A program made the translations under genes and the position numbers. Below, piece after piece: positions 1-15,220 of a DNA stretch of 21,031 bases. Source of the stretch: Acidobacteriota bacterium. GTDB taxonomy: Bacteria > Acidobacteriota > Polarisedimenticolia > Gp22-AA2. The stretch covers positions 1 through 21,031 of the forward strand of contig JAYUCR010000397.1 of assembly GCA_043740165.1 (NCBI GenBank), read 5' to 3'. Each line of letters opens with the position of its first letter. The stretch's first letter is position 1. Below the pieces are notes generated by a model. That model worked only from the letters and a program-made list of their open reading frames with translations. It was not told the DNA's origin and made no database searches.

Positions 1-49
1 GAAATCAAAATTATCAGCATAAATTGCGCGAAGAGAATCAGCAGTCGAT

Positions 50-3000
50 TCATCGAGCTCCGCCGGGCCCCGGTGACTGCTCCCGTCCGCCAGGATCGAC
101 GGCCTTCTCGCCGCTCAGCGTGTTCAGCCGCTGCTTCAGTTCCGGCTGGTCCGGATTCAATCTGAGGGATTCGCGAAAAGCGCGGACAGCCTCGTCGGGC
201 ATCCCGAGCTTGAGGTCGATCTCCCCGAGGAGCTCCTGAAGTCCGGCCTCGCTCGGAAGGCGCTGGATCGCCGTGCGTATCAGATCCAGCGCCTCGCGCT
301 CACGCGATTGATCGAGGAGCCATCTTCCCAGGTTGAGGTACGCGGGGACGTAGAGCGGATTGATCTGTAATGCGCGGCGCATTTCGCTCTCCCCTTCTTT
401 CGCGTTCCCGCGTTTCAACAGGGCCAGCCCCAGGTTGTGGTGCACGTCGGCATACCCCGGATCCAGGGCAGCCGCCTTGCGGTAGGCGGCGATTTCGTCC
501 TCGGGGCGGCCGAGCCGTCCGAAAACCGCCCCGAGATTGTTGAACGCGGAGGCGTAGGAGGGATCGATGACCGTAGCGCGCTCGAGCTCCTGGCGCGCCT
601 CCTCCAGCCGGCCACCCAGATAGAGCAGCCCTCCGAAATTGGTGCGGACGGCGGCATTGTCCGGGTCGCGGCGAAGGGCATTGCGGAACTGCGTCTCGGC
701 GGCCTTCATGTCGCCGCGATCCTCGTAAACCAGGGCGAGGTTGCTGTAGGAGCCCGCGAAACTGGCGTCGGCGGCGATGGCCCGATGAAACGCCTCGATC
801 GCCGGTTCGATTTGTTTCCGGTTCTTCAGGATGACGCCGATGTTGTTGTAGGCCTCGGCGTAGTCCGGGTCGATCGCGACCACCTTCCGAAATTGCTCCA
901 GCGCCTCGTCGGTCCGCCCCAGCCGGTCAAAGAGGATGCCGAGGCTGTTGCGGGCGTCGGCGAAATTGGGCTCGTATTCCAGCGCGCGCCGGAAGTGCGT
1001 CTCCGCCCCGGCCGTGTCTCCCTGATCGAGCGCCATGTTGCCGAGCAGATTCTCAGCCTCCTTGGAACGGGGCTGCCGCTTCATGTGCTCATCGAGGGCC
1101 CGTGTCGCGGCGGCGTAGTCCTTCTTCTTGTAGTACGCGCGCGCCATGTTCAGGCGGGCGATCGTCAGGTCCTCGGAAGCCGCGACGGCCTTTTCGAACT
1201 CCCCCAGGGCGTCATCGTAGCGGCCCTGGCCGAGCAGGATGGTGCCGCGGTTATTGTGCGTGTTCGCCGTCTCCCCCGCCAGGTACCCGAGAGATCGGAG
1301 TTTTTCGATCCGCTCCGCGTCACCGGCAGCGTCGGGGCTCGCGCCCGACGGCGCCGGGGGGACGCCGCCCGCCGAGGAGCTGGAGCCGGGAGGCATTTCG
1401 GGTGGCGCCGCCTCCGGCCCCGCGGCGACCCTGGCCGGCGCCCCGGTCGCCGCCGGGTTGGCGGGGTTCTCCCATGATGGAATGTAGGCTTCGGGATGCT
1501 CCTTCAGGAATTCCGGGGCGAACGCCTCGGTGATCGGCCGCCCGTCCATGTCCTCGCCCACGGGCAAGCCGTACAGGCGCAACAGGGTGGGGGTGATGTC
1601 GAGCACGGAGGCCTCATCCAGCTCGACCCCGCGCCGGAATTCCGGGCCGTGCAGCACGAGAATCCCGTACTTACGATGCCAGTCCGCCGCGGCCCCGTAC
1701 CCGATGCGCGACTCGGTGAGCGGACGATTTTCGCCGGTCCTGAATCCATGGTCGGAGAGCACCATCACCGTGGTCGGATGGATCCCTTCCAGAAGTCGAC
1801 CCAATGCGGCGTCGGCCTGGACGTAGTATTCATCCACGACCCTCCCGAAGCGCTGCCGGGATTCGGCGTCGATGCCCTGCAGCGGCGGCGGCGCATAGGG
1901 CATGAACAGGTGCGCCGCCGTGTCGGTGCCCTCGAAATAGACCGCGGTGAAGTCGGTGTCATAGCGCGCCTCGAGCGCCAGTGCCACCCTCTCGTAGGTC
2001 CTGCCCGAGGCCAGAAGCGTCTTGAAGTTCTCGACCAGCCGGCTCTGATTTTCCGGCAGCGAGCTCGGATCCGGAGGCATCCGCATGAAGGGCGTCAGAT
2101 CCTGCATCAGGATGTTTTCCGGCGTCACGGTCAGCGATGTCACCAGCGCGTCCGCCTCGGGGGGCGAAACCTTGCCTTCGCGCGCCCCGCCGTCGACGGC
2201 GCGCGCGCCGAACAGCTGGTACGCGACCCGGTCGGAGACCACGAACCCGTTCACCTGCTCGGCGGGATAAGTCGCCCACCACCCGACGATTCCGACCCTC
2301 ACCCCGCGCTCTCCGAGCATGTTCCAGATCGCCTTGACGCGGCGCTGCGTCGCGCTGACCGGGACGCGCTCCCCTTCCCGCTCGGTGTTGGCCACGAAGT
2401 CCAGAATGCCGTGGCGCGCCGGCACCACTCCCGTCGCGATGCTGGTCCAGATGACCGGCGAAAGCATCGGATTGATGCTGCGCAGCCGGGCCCGAACCCC
2501 CTCGTGGACGAGCCGGGCAAGATGCGGCATCCGGCCGCTGCTCATCAACGGGTCGATGATGTTCCAGTCGGCGCCGTCCAGGCCGACGAGGAGCACCTTT
2601 CCCAGGGCGCCCCCGCGCGTCGCCGTCAGGGGGGTCCCGTTGTCGGCCCGGATGCGGACCCCCGGAACCTCGCACGACAGGAGGACCAGCCCCGCCTCCC
2701 GGAAGCGATCCCCCAGGGTGCGGCTGAGCGCCGCCTGGAGCTCCTCGGTGTGCGTCCCGGAGATATCCGCATAGCTGGCCGCCGCCAGGGCGCCACGGAT
2801 CGCCTCCAGGACCCATCGGCTGATGGCGTCGCCTTCCAGGCGCGGTCCGAGGGTCCGGTGCACCTCGATCAGCCGCTCCGGATCGACGCGGTAGCGCAGG
2901 GTCACCGAGGTTTCAACTTCGGTCCCTTCGCGCGTGGCGAGCGGCCGGCGGGAGCCGCCCAGGGAAATATCGAGGGTCGCTGAACGGACGGCGTAGAGGC

Positions 3001-3199
3001 TGATCCGGAACAGCCCCGGCGGGGCGAGGTGCCATCCCTCGGGCACGATGCGCGGCGAGATGAGGCCGAGCCGTGAATCCAGAACGGCAGCCCGGCCGTC
3101 GTCTTCGGTGCGGCGCAGGCCGGCTCCGAGCCAGACGCATAAAAACAGCAGGAGGACGCCGGCGGCCATACGGCGTCGTCTCAGCACCTCCGGTGTCAT
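50..3199 (-). CDS. Large membrane-anchored multidomain protein: N-terminal TM helix, SPFH/band-7-like segment, alkaline-phosphatase-superfamily (type I phosphodiesterase/nucleotide pyrophosphatase-like) domain, Pro/Ala/Ser/Gly-rich linker and about 11 C-terminal TPR repeats
   Basis: 1049-aa ORF. The N-terminus has a hydrophobic helix (AAGVLLLFLCVWLGAGL). VTLRYRVDPERLIEVHRTLG and the following segment resemble SPFH domains. GKVLLVGLDGADW...SPVIWTSIATGVVPARHGILDF...VLSDHGF match metal- and nucleophile-site motifs of the Phosphodiest/AP superfamily. A low-complexity PAATGAPARVAAGPEAAPPEMPPGSSSSAGGVPPAPSGASP linker follows. Repeated 34-aa A..Y.N.G......G....A...F..A...DP units (TPR) cover roughly nt 95-1260. 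No clear SD precedes the 3199 ATG; an alternative start is Met11. Confidence 0.75.
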   Translation of the reverse strand: MTPEVLRRRRMAAGVLLLFLCVWLGAGLRRTEDDGRAAVLDSRLGLISPRIVPEGWHLAPPGLFRISLYAVRSATLDISLGGSRRPLATREGTEVETSVTLRYRVDPERLIEVHRTLGPRLEGDAISRWVLEAIRGALAAASYADISGTHTEELQAALSRTLGDRFREAGLVLLSCEVPGVRIRADNGTPLTATRGGALGKVLLVGLDGADWNIIDPLMSSGRMPHLARLVHEGVRARLRSINPMLSPVIWTSIATGVVPARHGILDFVANTEREGERVPVSATQRRVKAIWNMLGERGVRVGIVGWWATYPAEQVNGFVVSDRVAYQLFGARAVDGGAREGKVSPPEADALVTSLTVTPENILMQDLTPFMRMPPDPSSLPENQSRLVENFKTLLASGRTYERVALALEARYDTDFTAVYFEGTDTAAHLFMPYAPPPLQGIDAESRQRFGRVVDEYYVQADAALGRLLEGIHPTTVMVLSDHGFRTGENRPLTESRIGYGAAADWHRKYGILVLHGPEFRRGVELDEASVLDITPTLLRLYGLPVGEDMDGRPITEAFAPEFLKEHPEAYIPSWENPANPAATGAPARVAAGPEAAPPEMPPGSSSSAGGVPPAPSGASPDAAGDAERIEKLRSLGYLAGETANTHNNRGTILLGQGRYDDALGEFEKAVAASEDLTIARLNMARAYYKKKDYAAATRALDEHMKRQPRSKEAENLLGNMALDQGDTAGAETHFRRALEYEPNFADARNSLGILFDRLGRTDEALEQFRKVVAIDPDYAEAYNNIGVILKNRKQIEPAIEAFHRAIAADASFAGSYSNLALVYEDRGDMKAAETQFRNALRRDPDNAAVRTNFGGLLYLGGRLEEARQELERATVIDPSYASAFNNLGAVFGRLGRPEDEIAAYRKAAALDPGYADVHHNLGLALLKRGNAKEGESEMRRALQINPLYVPAYLNLGRWLLDQSREREALDLIRTAIQRLPSEAGLQELLGEIDLKLGMPDEAVRAFRESLRLNPDQPELKQRLNTLSGEKAVDPGGREQSPGPGGAR

Positions 3200-3224
3200 G
3201 GGCCGGGTGGCGAGCGGAACCCGA

Positions 3225-5671
<2,447 letters not shown>

Positions 5672-5767
5672 GCTCAACTCCTCCGCCCGCCGCACCAGGC
5701 GGTGGGATCGTGTCCAGAAGATAAGGTCGGATGAAAGAGGTCAGGATACGGGAGGACGCCGCCTCCG

Positions 5768-9235
<3,468 letters not shown>

Positions 9236-9236
9236 C

Positions 9237-10787
9237 CTACTCCCACTCGATGGTGGCCGGGGGCTTGCTGCTGATGTCGTAGACGACGCGGTTGATGCCG
9301 CGCACCTCGTTCACGATGCGCAACGAGACGCGCGCCAGGAATTCGTGCGGCAGCCTGGCCCAGTCGGCGGTCATGAAGTCGTCGGTGGTGACGGCGCGGA
9401 TCGCCGCGACGTTCTCGTAGGTCCGGCCATCCCCCATCACGCCGACCGACTTGACCGGCAGGAGCACAACGAACGCCTGCGCGGTCGCGTCGTACAGCGA
9501 CGCGGCCCGCAGCTCGGCGATGAAGATCGCGTCGGCGCGGCGCAGGAGATCGAGACGCGGGCGTGTCACCTCGCCGAGGATCCGCACCGCCAGCCCCGGC
9601 CCGGGAAACGGGTGCCGCATCACGAGATCCTTCGCCAGGCCCAGCTCCAGCCCGACGCGGCGGACCTCGTCCTTGAACAGATCGCGCAGCGGCTCCACCA
9701 GCTTGAGGCGCATCGCTTTGGGGAGGCCGCCGACGTTGTGGTGCGTCTTGATGACCGCCGAGGGGCCCTTGAAGGAGGTCGATTCGATCCGATCGGGATA
9801 AAGGGTCCCCTGCGCCAGGAACTCGACCGGCCCGAGCGTCCTGGCCTCCTTGTCGAACACCTCGATGAAGACCCGGCCGATGGCGCGGCGCTTGGCCTCC
9901 GGATCCTCGACCCCCGAGAGCGCGGTGAGAAAGGCGTCGGCGGCCTCGACGCGCCGGACCGCCAGGTGGTACCCGGTGGAAAAGGCGCGCACCACCTCGT
10001 CCCCCTCGTCCTGGCGCAGCAGGCCGTTGTCGATGAACAGACAGGTGAGGCGATCGCCGATGGCGCGGTGGATCAGGAGGGCCGCCACGGCCGAGTCGAC
10101 GCCGCCCGAAAGCCCGGCGACCACGCGCCCCGCTCCGACCGTCTCCTGCACTTCGCGCACCGCCTCCTCGATGAACGAGCTGATCTTCCAGTCCCCGGAG
10201 CAGCCACAGACGGCGTGCAGGAACGACCCCAGGATCTCGCGCCCATGGATCGTGTGCGACACCTCGGGATGGAACTGGATGGCGTACAGCCGGCGCCGCG
10301 CATCCACCATGGCGGCGCAGGCGGCGTTGGTGCTCCGGGCGACGGTGCGGAAGCCGGGCGGTGGCTCCAGGATCGAGTCGCCGTGGCTCATCCAGACCCG
10401 CTGCGACTTCGGCACGGAGCCGAAGATCGCCGCGTCGCCGGTGATCGTGAGATCGGACGGGCCATACTCGCGCTCCGGCACGCGCTCCACCCGGCCGCCC
10501 AGCGTGTAGGCCATGAGCTGCATGCCATAGCAGATCCCGAGAATCGGCACGCCGAGATCGAACAGCGCCGGGTCGACGCGCGGCGCCCCTTCGCCGTAGA
10601 CCGAGTCGGGCCCGCCGGAAAGGATGATGCCGCGGGGCCCCATGGCGCGCAGCGTCCCGATCGGCGTGTTGAACGGAAGCAATTCGCTGTAGACGCGCAG
10701 CTCGCGCACCCGCCGCGCGATCAGCTGGCTGAACTGCGACCCGAAGTCGAGGACCAGGACCGTCTCGCGGGTCGCCCCTCGGCTCAT
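9237..10787 (-). CDS. guaA: GMP synthase (glutamine-hydrolysing)
   Basis: 516-aa ORF. The N-terminal class-I glutamine amidotransferase domain shows [29 protein letters not shown] and FHPEV. It also has the ATP-pyrophosphatase P-loop [12 protein letters not shown] and the C-terminal dimerisation signature ending ...KPPATIEWE. The ATG overlaps the holA stop (ATGA, 10784-10787). Confidence 0.96.
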   Translation of the reverse strand: MSRGATRETVLVLDFGSQFSQLIARRVRELRVYSELLPFNTPIGTLRAMGPRGIILSGGPDSVYGEGAPRVDPALFDLGVPILGICYGMQLMAYTLGGRVERVPEREYGPSDLTITGDAAIFGSVPKSQRVWMSHGDSILEPPPGFRTVARSTNAACAAMVDARRRLYAIQFHPEVSHTIHGREILGSFLHAVCGCSGDWKISSFIEEAVREVQETVGAGRVVAGLSGGVDSAVAALLIHRAIGDRLTCLFIDNGLLRQDEGDEVVRAFSTGYHLAVRRVEAADAFLTALSGVEDPEAKRRAIGRVFIEVFDKEARTLGPVEFLAQGTLYPDRIESTSFKGPSAVIKTHHNVGGLPKAMRLKLVEPLRDLFKDEVRRVGLELGLAKDLVMRHPFPGPGLAVRILGEVTRPRLDLLRRADAIFIAELRAASLYDATAQAFVVLLPVKSVGVMGDGRTYENVAAIRAVTTDDFMTADWARLPHEFLARVSLRIVNEVRGINRVVYDISSKPPATIEWE

Positions 10788-11812
10788 GACGCTCCCCCCG
10801 CGGCGCGGGCGATGCCATGCACCAGGCGCTCGAACGCATGCGCCGGGTTCTTCGCTCCGGCCCCTTTGATCTCCCGGTCGGCGCGCAGGCAGAGTCTCAG
10901 GGCGCGCCGCAGCTGCGGCGCGCTCACCTTCCCTGTCTCGCTGCGGAGCTGCTCGACGCGGCCCGGGTTGAGACCGTAGAGAGCCTGGAGATCGCGCGGC
11001 GGCACGCGGCGATCGGCAGCGGCGCGCGCCTTCAGGGCGGCGCGCAGGTACCAGGCGATGGCCCCCAGCATCATGGGCGGCTCCTCGCCCGATTCGAGGA
11101 GATCGCGCACGCTCCTGAGGGCAGGCCCGCGATCGCCTCGCAGCGCCAGGAGGGCCACCTGGAACGCCGAGCCGACGCGCGGCACGTCCGCCAGGATGCC
11201 GAGGTCGGTCACCTCGACCGGCCGGGGCGCGCCGATGGCGGCCATCAGCTTTTCCATCTCCGAATCAACGCGCGCCAGGCCGGCGCCCGACAGGCCCACC
11301 GCGATCGCCTCCGCGAGCTCCGGCGAGAGGCCGAAGCTGCGCCCCTTCAGGCGATCCCGCACCCAGGCGGCCACCTGGGAGACGTCGCGCAGGGCGCCGC
11401 AGTCGACGCGAGTCGCCGCGGCGGCCAGGGCCTTGTAGACGGCCCGGCGGGCGTCGAATTCGGCGTCGCTGAAGATCAGGCAGGTGCTTGCGCTCGGTCG
11501 CGCCAGGTAGGCCTTGAGAGACTCGACGCTCTCCGCCTTCAGGCCTGAAGCGCGCCGGACCAGGATCAGCCGCCGGCCCGCCCCCATCGGATAGGTCGAG
11601 GCGAGGTCGAGAAGCTCTTGCAGGTCGGCCTCCCGCCCGTCGACGACGTGCCGGTTGATCCCCCCCGCGTCGACGGGCAGGGCGGCCCGTTCCAGGAGGC
11701 GGATCCCCTCCTCGTGAAAAAAAGTCTCCGGCCCCTCGAACAGGTAGACGGGATCGATCTGCCCGCGCAGGAGCGCCTGCTGCAATTGCGCGAATCGCAG
11801 GGAGGCGACCAT
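10784..11812 (-). CDS. holA: DNA polymerase III delta subunit
   Basis: 342-aa ORF with a HolA-like N-terminus ([32 protein letters not shown]). Its size and its position immediately after lptE, in the conserved leuS-lptE-holA order, fit the call. Confidence 0.85.
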   Translation of the reverse strand: MVASLRFAQLQQALLRGQIDPVYLFEGPETFFHEEGIRLLERAALPVDAGGINRHVVDGREADLQELLDLASTYPMGAGRRLILVRRASGLKAESVESLKAYLARPSASTCLIFSDAEFDARRAVYKALAAAATRVDCGALRDVSQVAAWVRDRLKGRSFGLSPELAEAIAVGLSGAGLARVDSEMEKLMAAIGAPRPVEVTDLGILADVPRVGSAFQVALLALRGDRGPALRSVRDLLESGEEPPMMLGAIAWYLRAALKARAAADRRVPPRDLQALYGLNPGRVEQLRSETGKVSAPQLRRALRLCLRADREIKGAGAKNPAHAFERLVHGIARAAGGAS

Positions 11813-11817
11813 CGGCT

Positions 11818-12348
11818 TCAGAACCCCTCCAGGATCGAGCTGACCACGCTCTTCGCGAAGTCGGTCGCGACCTCGTCGATCGCGACGATTTCCTGATCCA
11901 CGAAGGTGCTGGGAGTCGCCGGCACCTCGTACTGGCGCTTGAACAGGAAATGGTCGTCGGACCAGAGAACCTTGTCGGTTTTGACCTCGCTCAGGACGAC
12001 GCGCGCGGTGATCAGAATCTCGTAGCGCCGCGCCCGTCCCTGCTCGCTGATCACGACCGGCGTCGTCGTGTAGCTGTAGAGCGTGCCGCGCAGCACGGCA
12101 TCGGCCCCTTCCTCTCCCGGCACGATGCGCACCCGGCCGCGGGTCGTGAACTCGTCGATCACGTGCTCGGTGACCCGCTGCTCGACCTCGGCGCGGCTTG
12201 TCCGGTTGATGAAGATCGGGATCCCGACGGCATGGACCGTCGGCGGCAGCGTGCTCCCCCGCCCGGCCAGGTGGTAGCCGCAGCCCGTCGACGCGATGGC
12301 GAGCGTCAGGGAGAGGGATCGCGCCAGCGCGGCGGTTCGGGGCGACAT
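11818..12348 (-). CDS. lptE: LPS-assembly lipoprotein LptE
   Basis: 176-aa ORF with a lipoprotein signal peptide ending in a lipobox-like LAIASTG|C. The mature N-terminus CGYHL matches the CGWHL start of E. coli LptE. It lies between leuS and holA as in E. coli. Confidence 0.8.
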   Translation of the reverse strand: MSPRTAALARSLSLTLAIASTGCGYHLAGRGSTLPPTVHAVGIPIFINRTSRAEVEQRVTEHVIDEFTTRGRVRIVPGEEGADAVLRGTLYSYTTTPVVISEQGRARRYEILITARVVLSEVKTDKVLWSDDHFLFKRQYEVPATPSTFVDQEIVAIDEVATDFAKSVVSSILEGF

Positions 12349-12354
12349 GGTCGC

Positions 12355-12363
12355 ATTATAGCA
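12355..12363 (-). promoter_or_regulatory. Perfect extended -10 element TGCTATAAT, 6 nt upstream of the lptE ATG (candidate internal promoter giving a leaderless lptE transcript)
   Basis: The minus-strand sequence reads ...GGCGCTGCTATAATGCGACC-ATG. This is a TGnTATAAT consensus in otherwise GC-rich DNA. The A of the ATG lies 7 nt after the hexamer, the usual distance to a transcription start. There is no SD and no recognisable -35. Confidence 0.3.
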
Positions 12364-12421
12364 GCGCCGCCGCGGCGCTCCCGCCGGCGAATGGGACCCA
12401 TGGGAATACCCGGACGGGCGC

Positions 12422-14956
12422 CTACTGCGCGACGATATTCAGCAGCTTTCCCGGCAGGTAGATGATCTTGCGAATCGACTTGCCCGCGAGGTGCGCCTCG
12501 ACCCGCTGGTCGCCGCGCGCCAGGGCCACCGCCTCGGATTCGCCCGTCGACGCCGGCACGCGCAGGTGACCGCGGAGCCGCCCGTTGACCTGGACCACGA
12601 CCTCGACCAGGTCCTCGCGCATCCAGGCGGGATCGGCGGCCGGCCAGGGCTGCGCCATCGCCTCCCCCTTCCCCCCGAGGCCCTCCCAGATCGCCTCCGA
12701 GATGTGCGGTGCCAGCGGCTGCAGCAGGAGCGCCATGCTCATGCCGGCTTCCTTGATGTAGGGATCGTCCCCCGGCGCGGCGTCGCGGGCGAAGTCCTGG
12801 GTGGCGTTCAGGAGCTCCATCACCGAGGAGACCGGGGTGTTGAGGTGCAGCCGCTTCTCGATGTCGGAGGTCACGCGTTCGATCGTCTGATGGACCTTGC
12901 GCCGCAGGGCCGCCCGGCGCGCATCGTCCGCCCCGTCGAGCCCGGAGGGCAGGGAGGCCGCCGCGAGCGCCGCCGCGCGCGGCGCCAGCAGCCGCCACAC
13001 CTTCTCGAGGAACCGGAAGCACCCCTCGACCCCTTTCTCGTTCCACTCCAGATCCTTCTCCGGCGGCGCGGCGAACAGGGTGAACAGGCGCGTCGTGTCG
13101 GCGCCGTAGCGCCGGATCATCTCGTCAGGGTCGACGACGTTCCCCTTCGACTTCGACATCGCCGTCCCCCCCTTCAGCACCATCCCCTGGCAGAGGAGGC
13201 GGGTCACCGGCTCGTCGACGCGGACCAGGCCCAGGTCGCGCAGCACCTTGGTGAAGAAGCGGCAATAAATAAGATGAAGCGTCGCGTGGGTGATCCCTCC
13301 GACATACAGATCGATGGGGAACCAGGAAGCGACGATCTCGGGGTCGAACGGCGCCTGGTCGTTGCGCGGATCGCAGTACCGGTAGAAGTACCAGGCGGAG
13401 TCGAAGAAAGTGTCCATGGTATCGGTCTCGCGACGCGCCGCGCTGCCGCAGCGCGGACAGGTCGCCCGCACGAACGTCTCGGAGAGGGCCAGGGGCGATC
13501 CGCCCTGCCCGGTGAGCGGCACGTCCTCCGGGAGCAGCACCGGCAGGTCCCTGTCGGGCACCGGAACCACACCACAGCGCTCGCAGTAGACCACCGGGAT
13601 CGGGGTCCCCCAGTAACGCTGCCGCGAGATCCCCCAGTCGAGCAGGCGGAACTGCACCGTGGTGCGGGCGAACCCGCCCTCCTCGCCGGCCCGCGCCATC
13701 GCCGCGCGCGCTTCGGCCGAAGACAGGCCGGTGAAGCGCCCCGAATCGACGAGCACGCCGTCGGCGGTCATCGCCGCGAGGGGCGCTCCCCGCTCCGCCG
13801 GCGACGGAGAGGACTCCGGCGCTGGGGCAGCGGGCGCCTGCTCGCGGATCACGAACCGGATCGGCAGGCCGTAGCGCCGGGCGAATTCGAAATCGCGCTC
13901 GTCGTGCGCCGGGACCGCCATGATGGCGCCGGTGCCGTACCCCATCAGCACGAAGTTCCCGGCGTATACGGGTAAGCGCCCGCCGCTGCAGGGATTCCGG
14001 ACGACAAGCCCACTGTCGACCCCTTCCTTCTCCGCCAGATCGGCGCCGGGCCTGGTGACATCGCGCGCCGCGCCGACCCGCCGCCGGAATTCCTCCAGAC
14101 GAATCCCGGCGGGGCTCGCTGGCTCGACGCGCCGCAACACCGGGTGCTCCGGGGCGACCACGCAGAAGGTCGCGCCGAAGATGGTGTCGAGACGGGTGGT
14201 GAAAATCTCCAGCGCCTCCCCGGTCTCCGCGGACCCGTCGAGAATCGGGAAGCGCACCACGGCCCCAACGCTTCGGCCAATCCAGTTCTGCTGCATCAGC
14301 CGGACCTTCTCCGGCCAGCCCGGCAGCCGATCCAGGCCGGCGAGCAACTCCTCCGAGTAGGCGGAGATGCGCAGGAACCACTGCTCCAGCTCGCGGCGCG
14401 ACACGACCGAATCGCAGCGCCAGCAGCGCCCCGCCTCGACCTGCTCGTTCGCCAGGACGGTCTGGCAGGAGTCGCACCAGTTCACGTCCCGCCGGCTGCG
14501 GTAGGCCAGACCCCGCTCCAGCATCCGGAGAAAAAACCACTGGTTCCAGCGGTAGTAGTCGGGCCGGTGGGCGGCGATCTCGCGCGTCCAATCGTAGGAG
14601 AAGCCGAGCCGGCGGAGCTGTTCCCCCATGACGGCGATGTTCTCGTTGGTCCACTTCGCGGGAGGAATGCCGCGCTGAATGGCGGCGTTCTCCGCCGGCA
14701 TCCCGAACGAATCCCACCCCATCGGATGGAGCACCTGGTCGCCGCGCATCCGGCGGAACCGGGCCACCGCGTCCCCGATGGCGTAGTTGCGCACGTGCCC
14801 CATGTGCAGCCGTCCCGATGGATACGGCAGCATCTCGAGGCAATAGAACTTCCGCCCGGCGGCGCGCGCCGGCGCGCGAAACCCCCCGGCCGCGCGCCAG
14901 CGCTCCTGCCAGGCGCGCTCGATGGCGTCGAACTGATCGCGGTAATCGCCCTGCAT
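12422..14956 (-). CDS. leuS: Leucyl-tRNA synthetase
   Basis: Class-I aaRS motifs are present: PYPSGRLHMGHVRNY (HIGH) and VLKGGTAMSKSKGNVV (KMSKS), plus the Zn-binding CDSC...CWRC and CPRC motifs. The track ORF begins at 15034. However, Met27 (ATG 14956, MQGDYRDQFDAIERAWQERW) aligns with the E. coli LeuS N-terminus MQEQYRPEEIESKVQLHW, so 14956 is taken as the start. Confidence 0.95.
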   Translation of the reverse strand: MQGDYRDQFDAIERAWQERWRAAGGFRAPARAAGRKFYCLEMLPYPSGRLHMGHVRNYAIGDAVARFRRMRGDQVLHPMGWDSFGMPAENAAIQRGIPPAKWTNENIAVMGEQLRRLGFSYDWTREIAAHRPDYYRWNQWFFLRMLERGLAYRSRRDVNWCDSCQTVLANEQVEAGRCWRCDSVVSRRELEQWFLRISAYSEELLAGLDRLPGWPEKVRLMQQNWIGRSVGAVVRFPILDGSAETGEALEIFTTRLDTIFGATFCVVAPEHPVLRRVEPASPAGIRLEEFRRRVGAARDVTRPGADLAEKEGVDSGLVVRNPCSGGRLPVYAGNFVLMGYGTGAIMAVPAHDERDFEFARRYGLPIRFVIREQAPAAPAPESSPSPAERGAPLAAMTADGVLVDSGRFTGLSSAEARAAMARAGEEGGFARTTVQFRLLDWGISRQRYWGTPIPVVYCERCGVVPVPDRDLPVLLPEDVPLTGQGGSPLALSETFVRATCPRCGSAARRETDTMDTFFDSAWYFYRYCDPRNDQAPFDPEIVASWFPIDLYVGGITHATLHLIYCRFFTKVLRDLGLVRVDEPVTRLLCQGMVLKGGTAMSKSKGNVVDPDEMIRRYGADTTRLFTLFAAPPEKDLEWNEKGVEGCFRFLEKVWRLLAPRAAALAAASLPSGLDGADDARRAALRRKVHQTIERVTSDIEKRLHLNTPVSSVMELLNATQDFARDAAPGDDPYIKEAGMSMALLLQPLAPHISEAIWEGLGGKGEAMAQPWPAADPAWMREDLVEVVVQVNGRLRGHLRVPASTGESEAVALARGDQRVEAHLAGKSIRKIIYLPGKLLNIVAQ

Positions 14957-14967
14957 AGAGGCGGATT

Positions 14968-15164
14968 CTAGGAGCCTGTCCGAGTATTCGCAAGGGCCGC
15001 GTTCGCCGCGCCGCGGCGAACCCGGAGGGCGCATGGGGATTGCGGCCCCATGCTTCGTGGCTCCGCCTCATCAAGTGCACCCACATCGATTCCTCCTCGC
15101 GTCTCGCCTGGGACACGCAAGCCCCATGCGCGCGACCCATGCCAATACTCGGACCGGCTCCTAG
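14968..15164. repeat. Long-range inverted repeat (21 bp, 20/21 complementary) enclosing nested GC-rich hairpins in the leuS / RiPP-operon divergent intergenic region
   Basis: The left arm ctaggagcctgtccgagtatt (14968-14988) is the reverse complement of the right arm aatactcggaccggctcctag (15144-15164), with one mismatch. Inside the repeat are a palindrome gttcgccgcg/cgcggcgaac (15001-15010 / 15012-15021) and a hairpin gcatgggg-attgcgg-ccccatgc (15031-15053). Extra copies of ccccatgc occur at 15122-15129 and cccatgc at 15136-15142. Confidence 0.7.
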
Positions 15165-15220
15165 TCGATTTCAGAATTGCAAGCGGGGCCTTCCGCCTTC
15201 CTTCCACCCCCCGCGTCACC

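Noticed and set aside
1-49. AT-rich stretch at the window start with a 7-nt direct repeat (atcagca at 13-19 and 37-43), downstream of the TPR-protein stop
   Set aside because: It is too short and is truncated by the window edge. There is no hairpin/U-tract terminator or other interpretable signal, and a 7-mer repeat is compatible with chance.
5672-5767. Possible SAM riboswitch or terminator in the 96-nt spacer upstream of metK / downstream of dnaE
   Set aside because: The spacer is too short for a SAM-I element, and I could not recognise SAM-II/V-type pseudoknot consensus by eye. There is only a weak GGAGG...CCTCC hairpin without a U-tract and a poor CTGACC-N15-TATCTT promoter-like match. 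This is not enough to call; an Infernal/Rfam scan would settle it.
13125-15140. 671-aa minus-strand ORF overlapping leuS out of frame, including a strong SD-like AGGAGGA (15091-15097) 4 nt before an ATG at 15086-15084 in the intergenic region
   Set aside because: I considered it as a leader peptide/uORF for leuS attenuation. However, the frame has no stop before entering leuS and runs for hundreds of codons as low-complexity sequence. It is not enriched in Leu codons. The SD-like element may still matter structurally (see the inverted-repeat finding).
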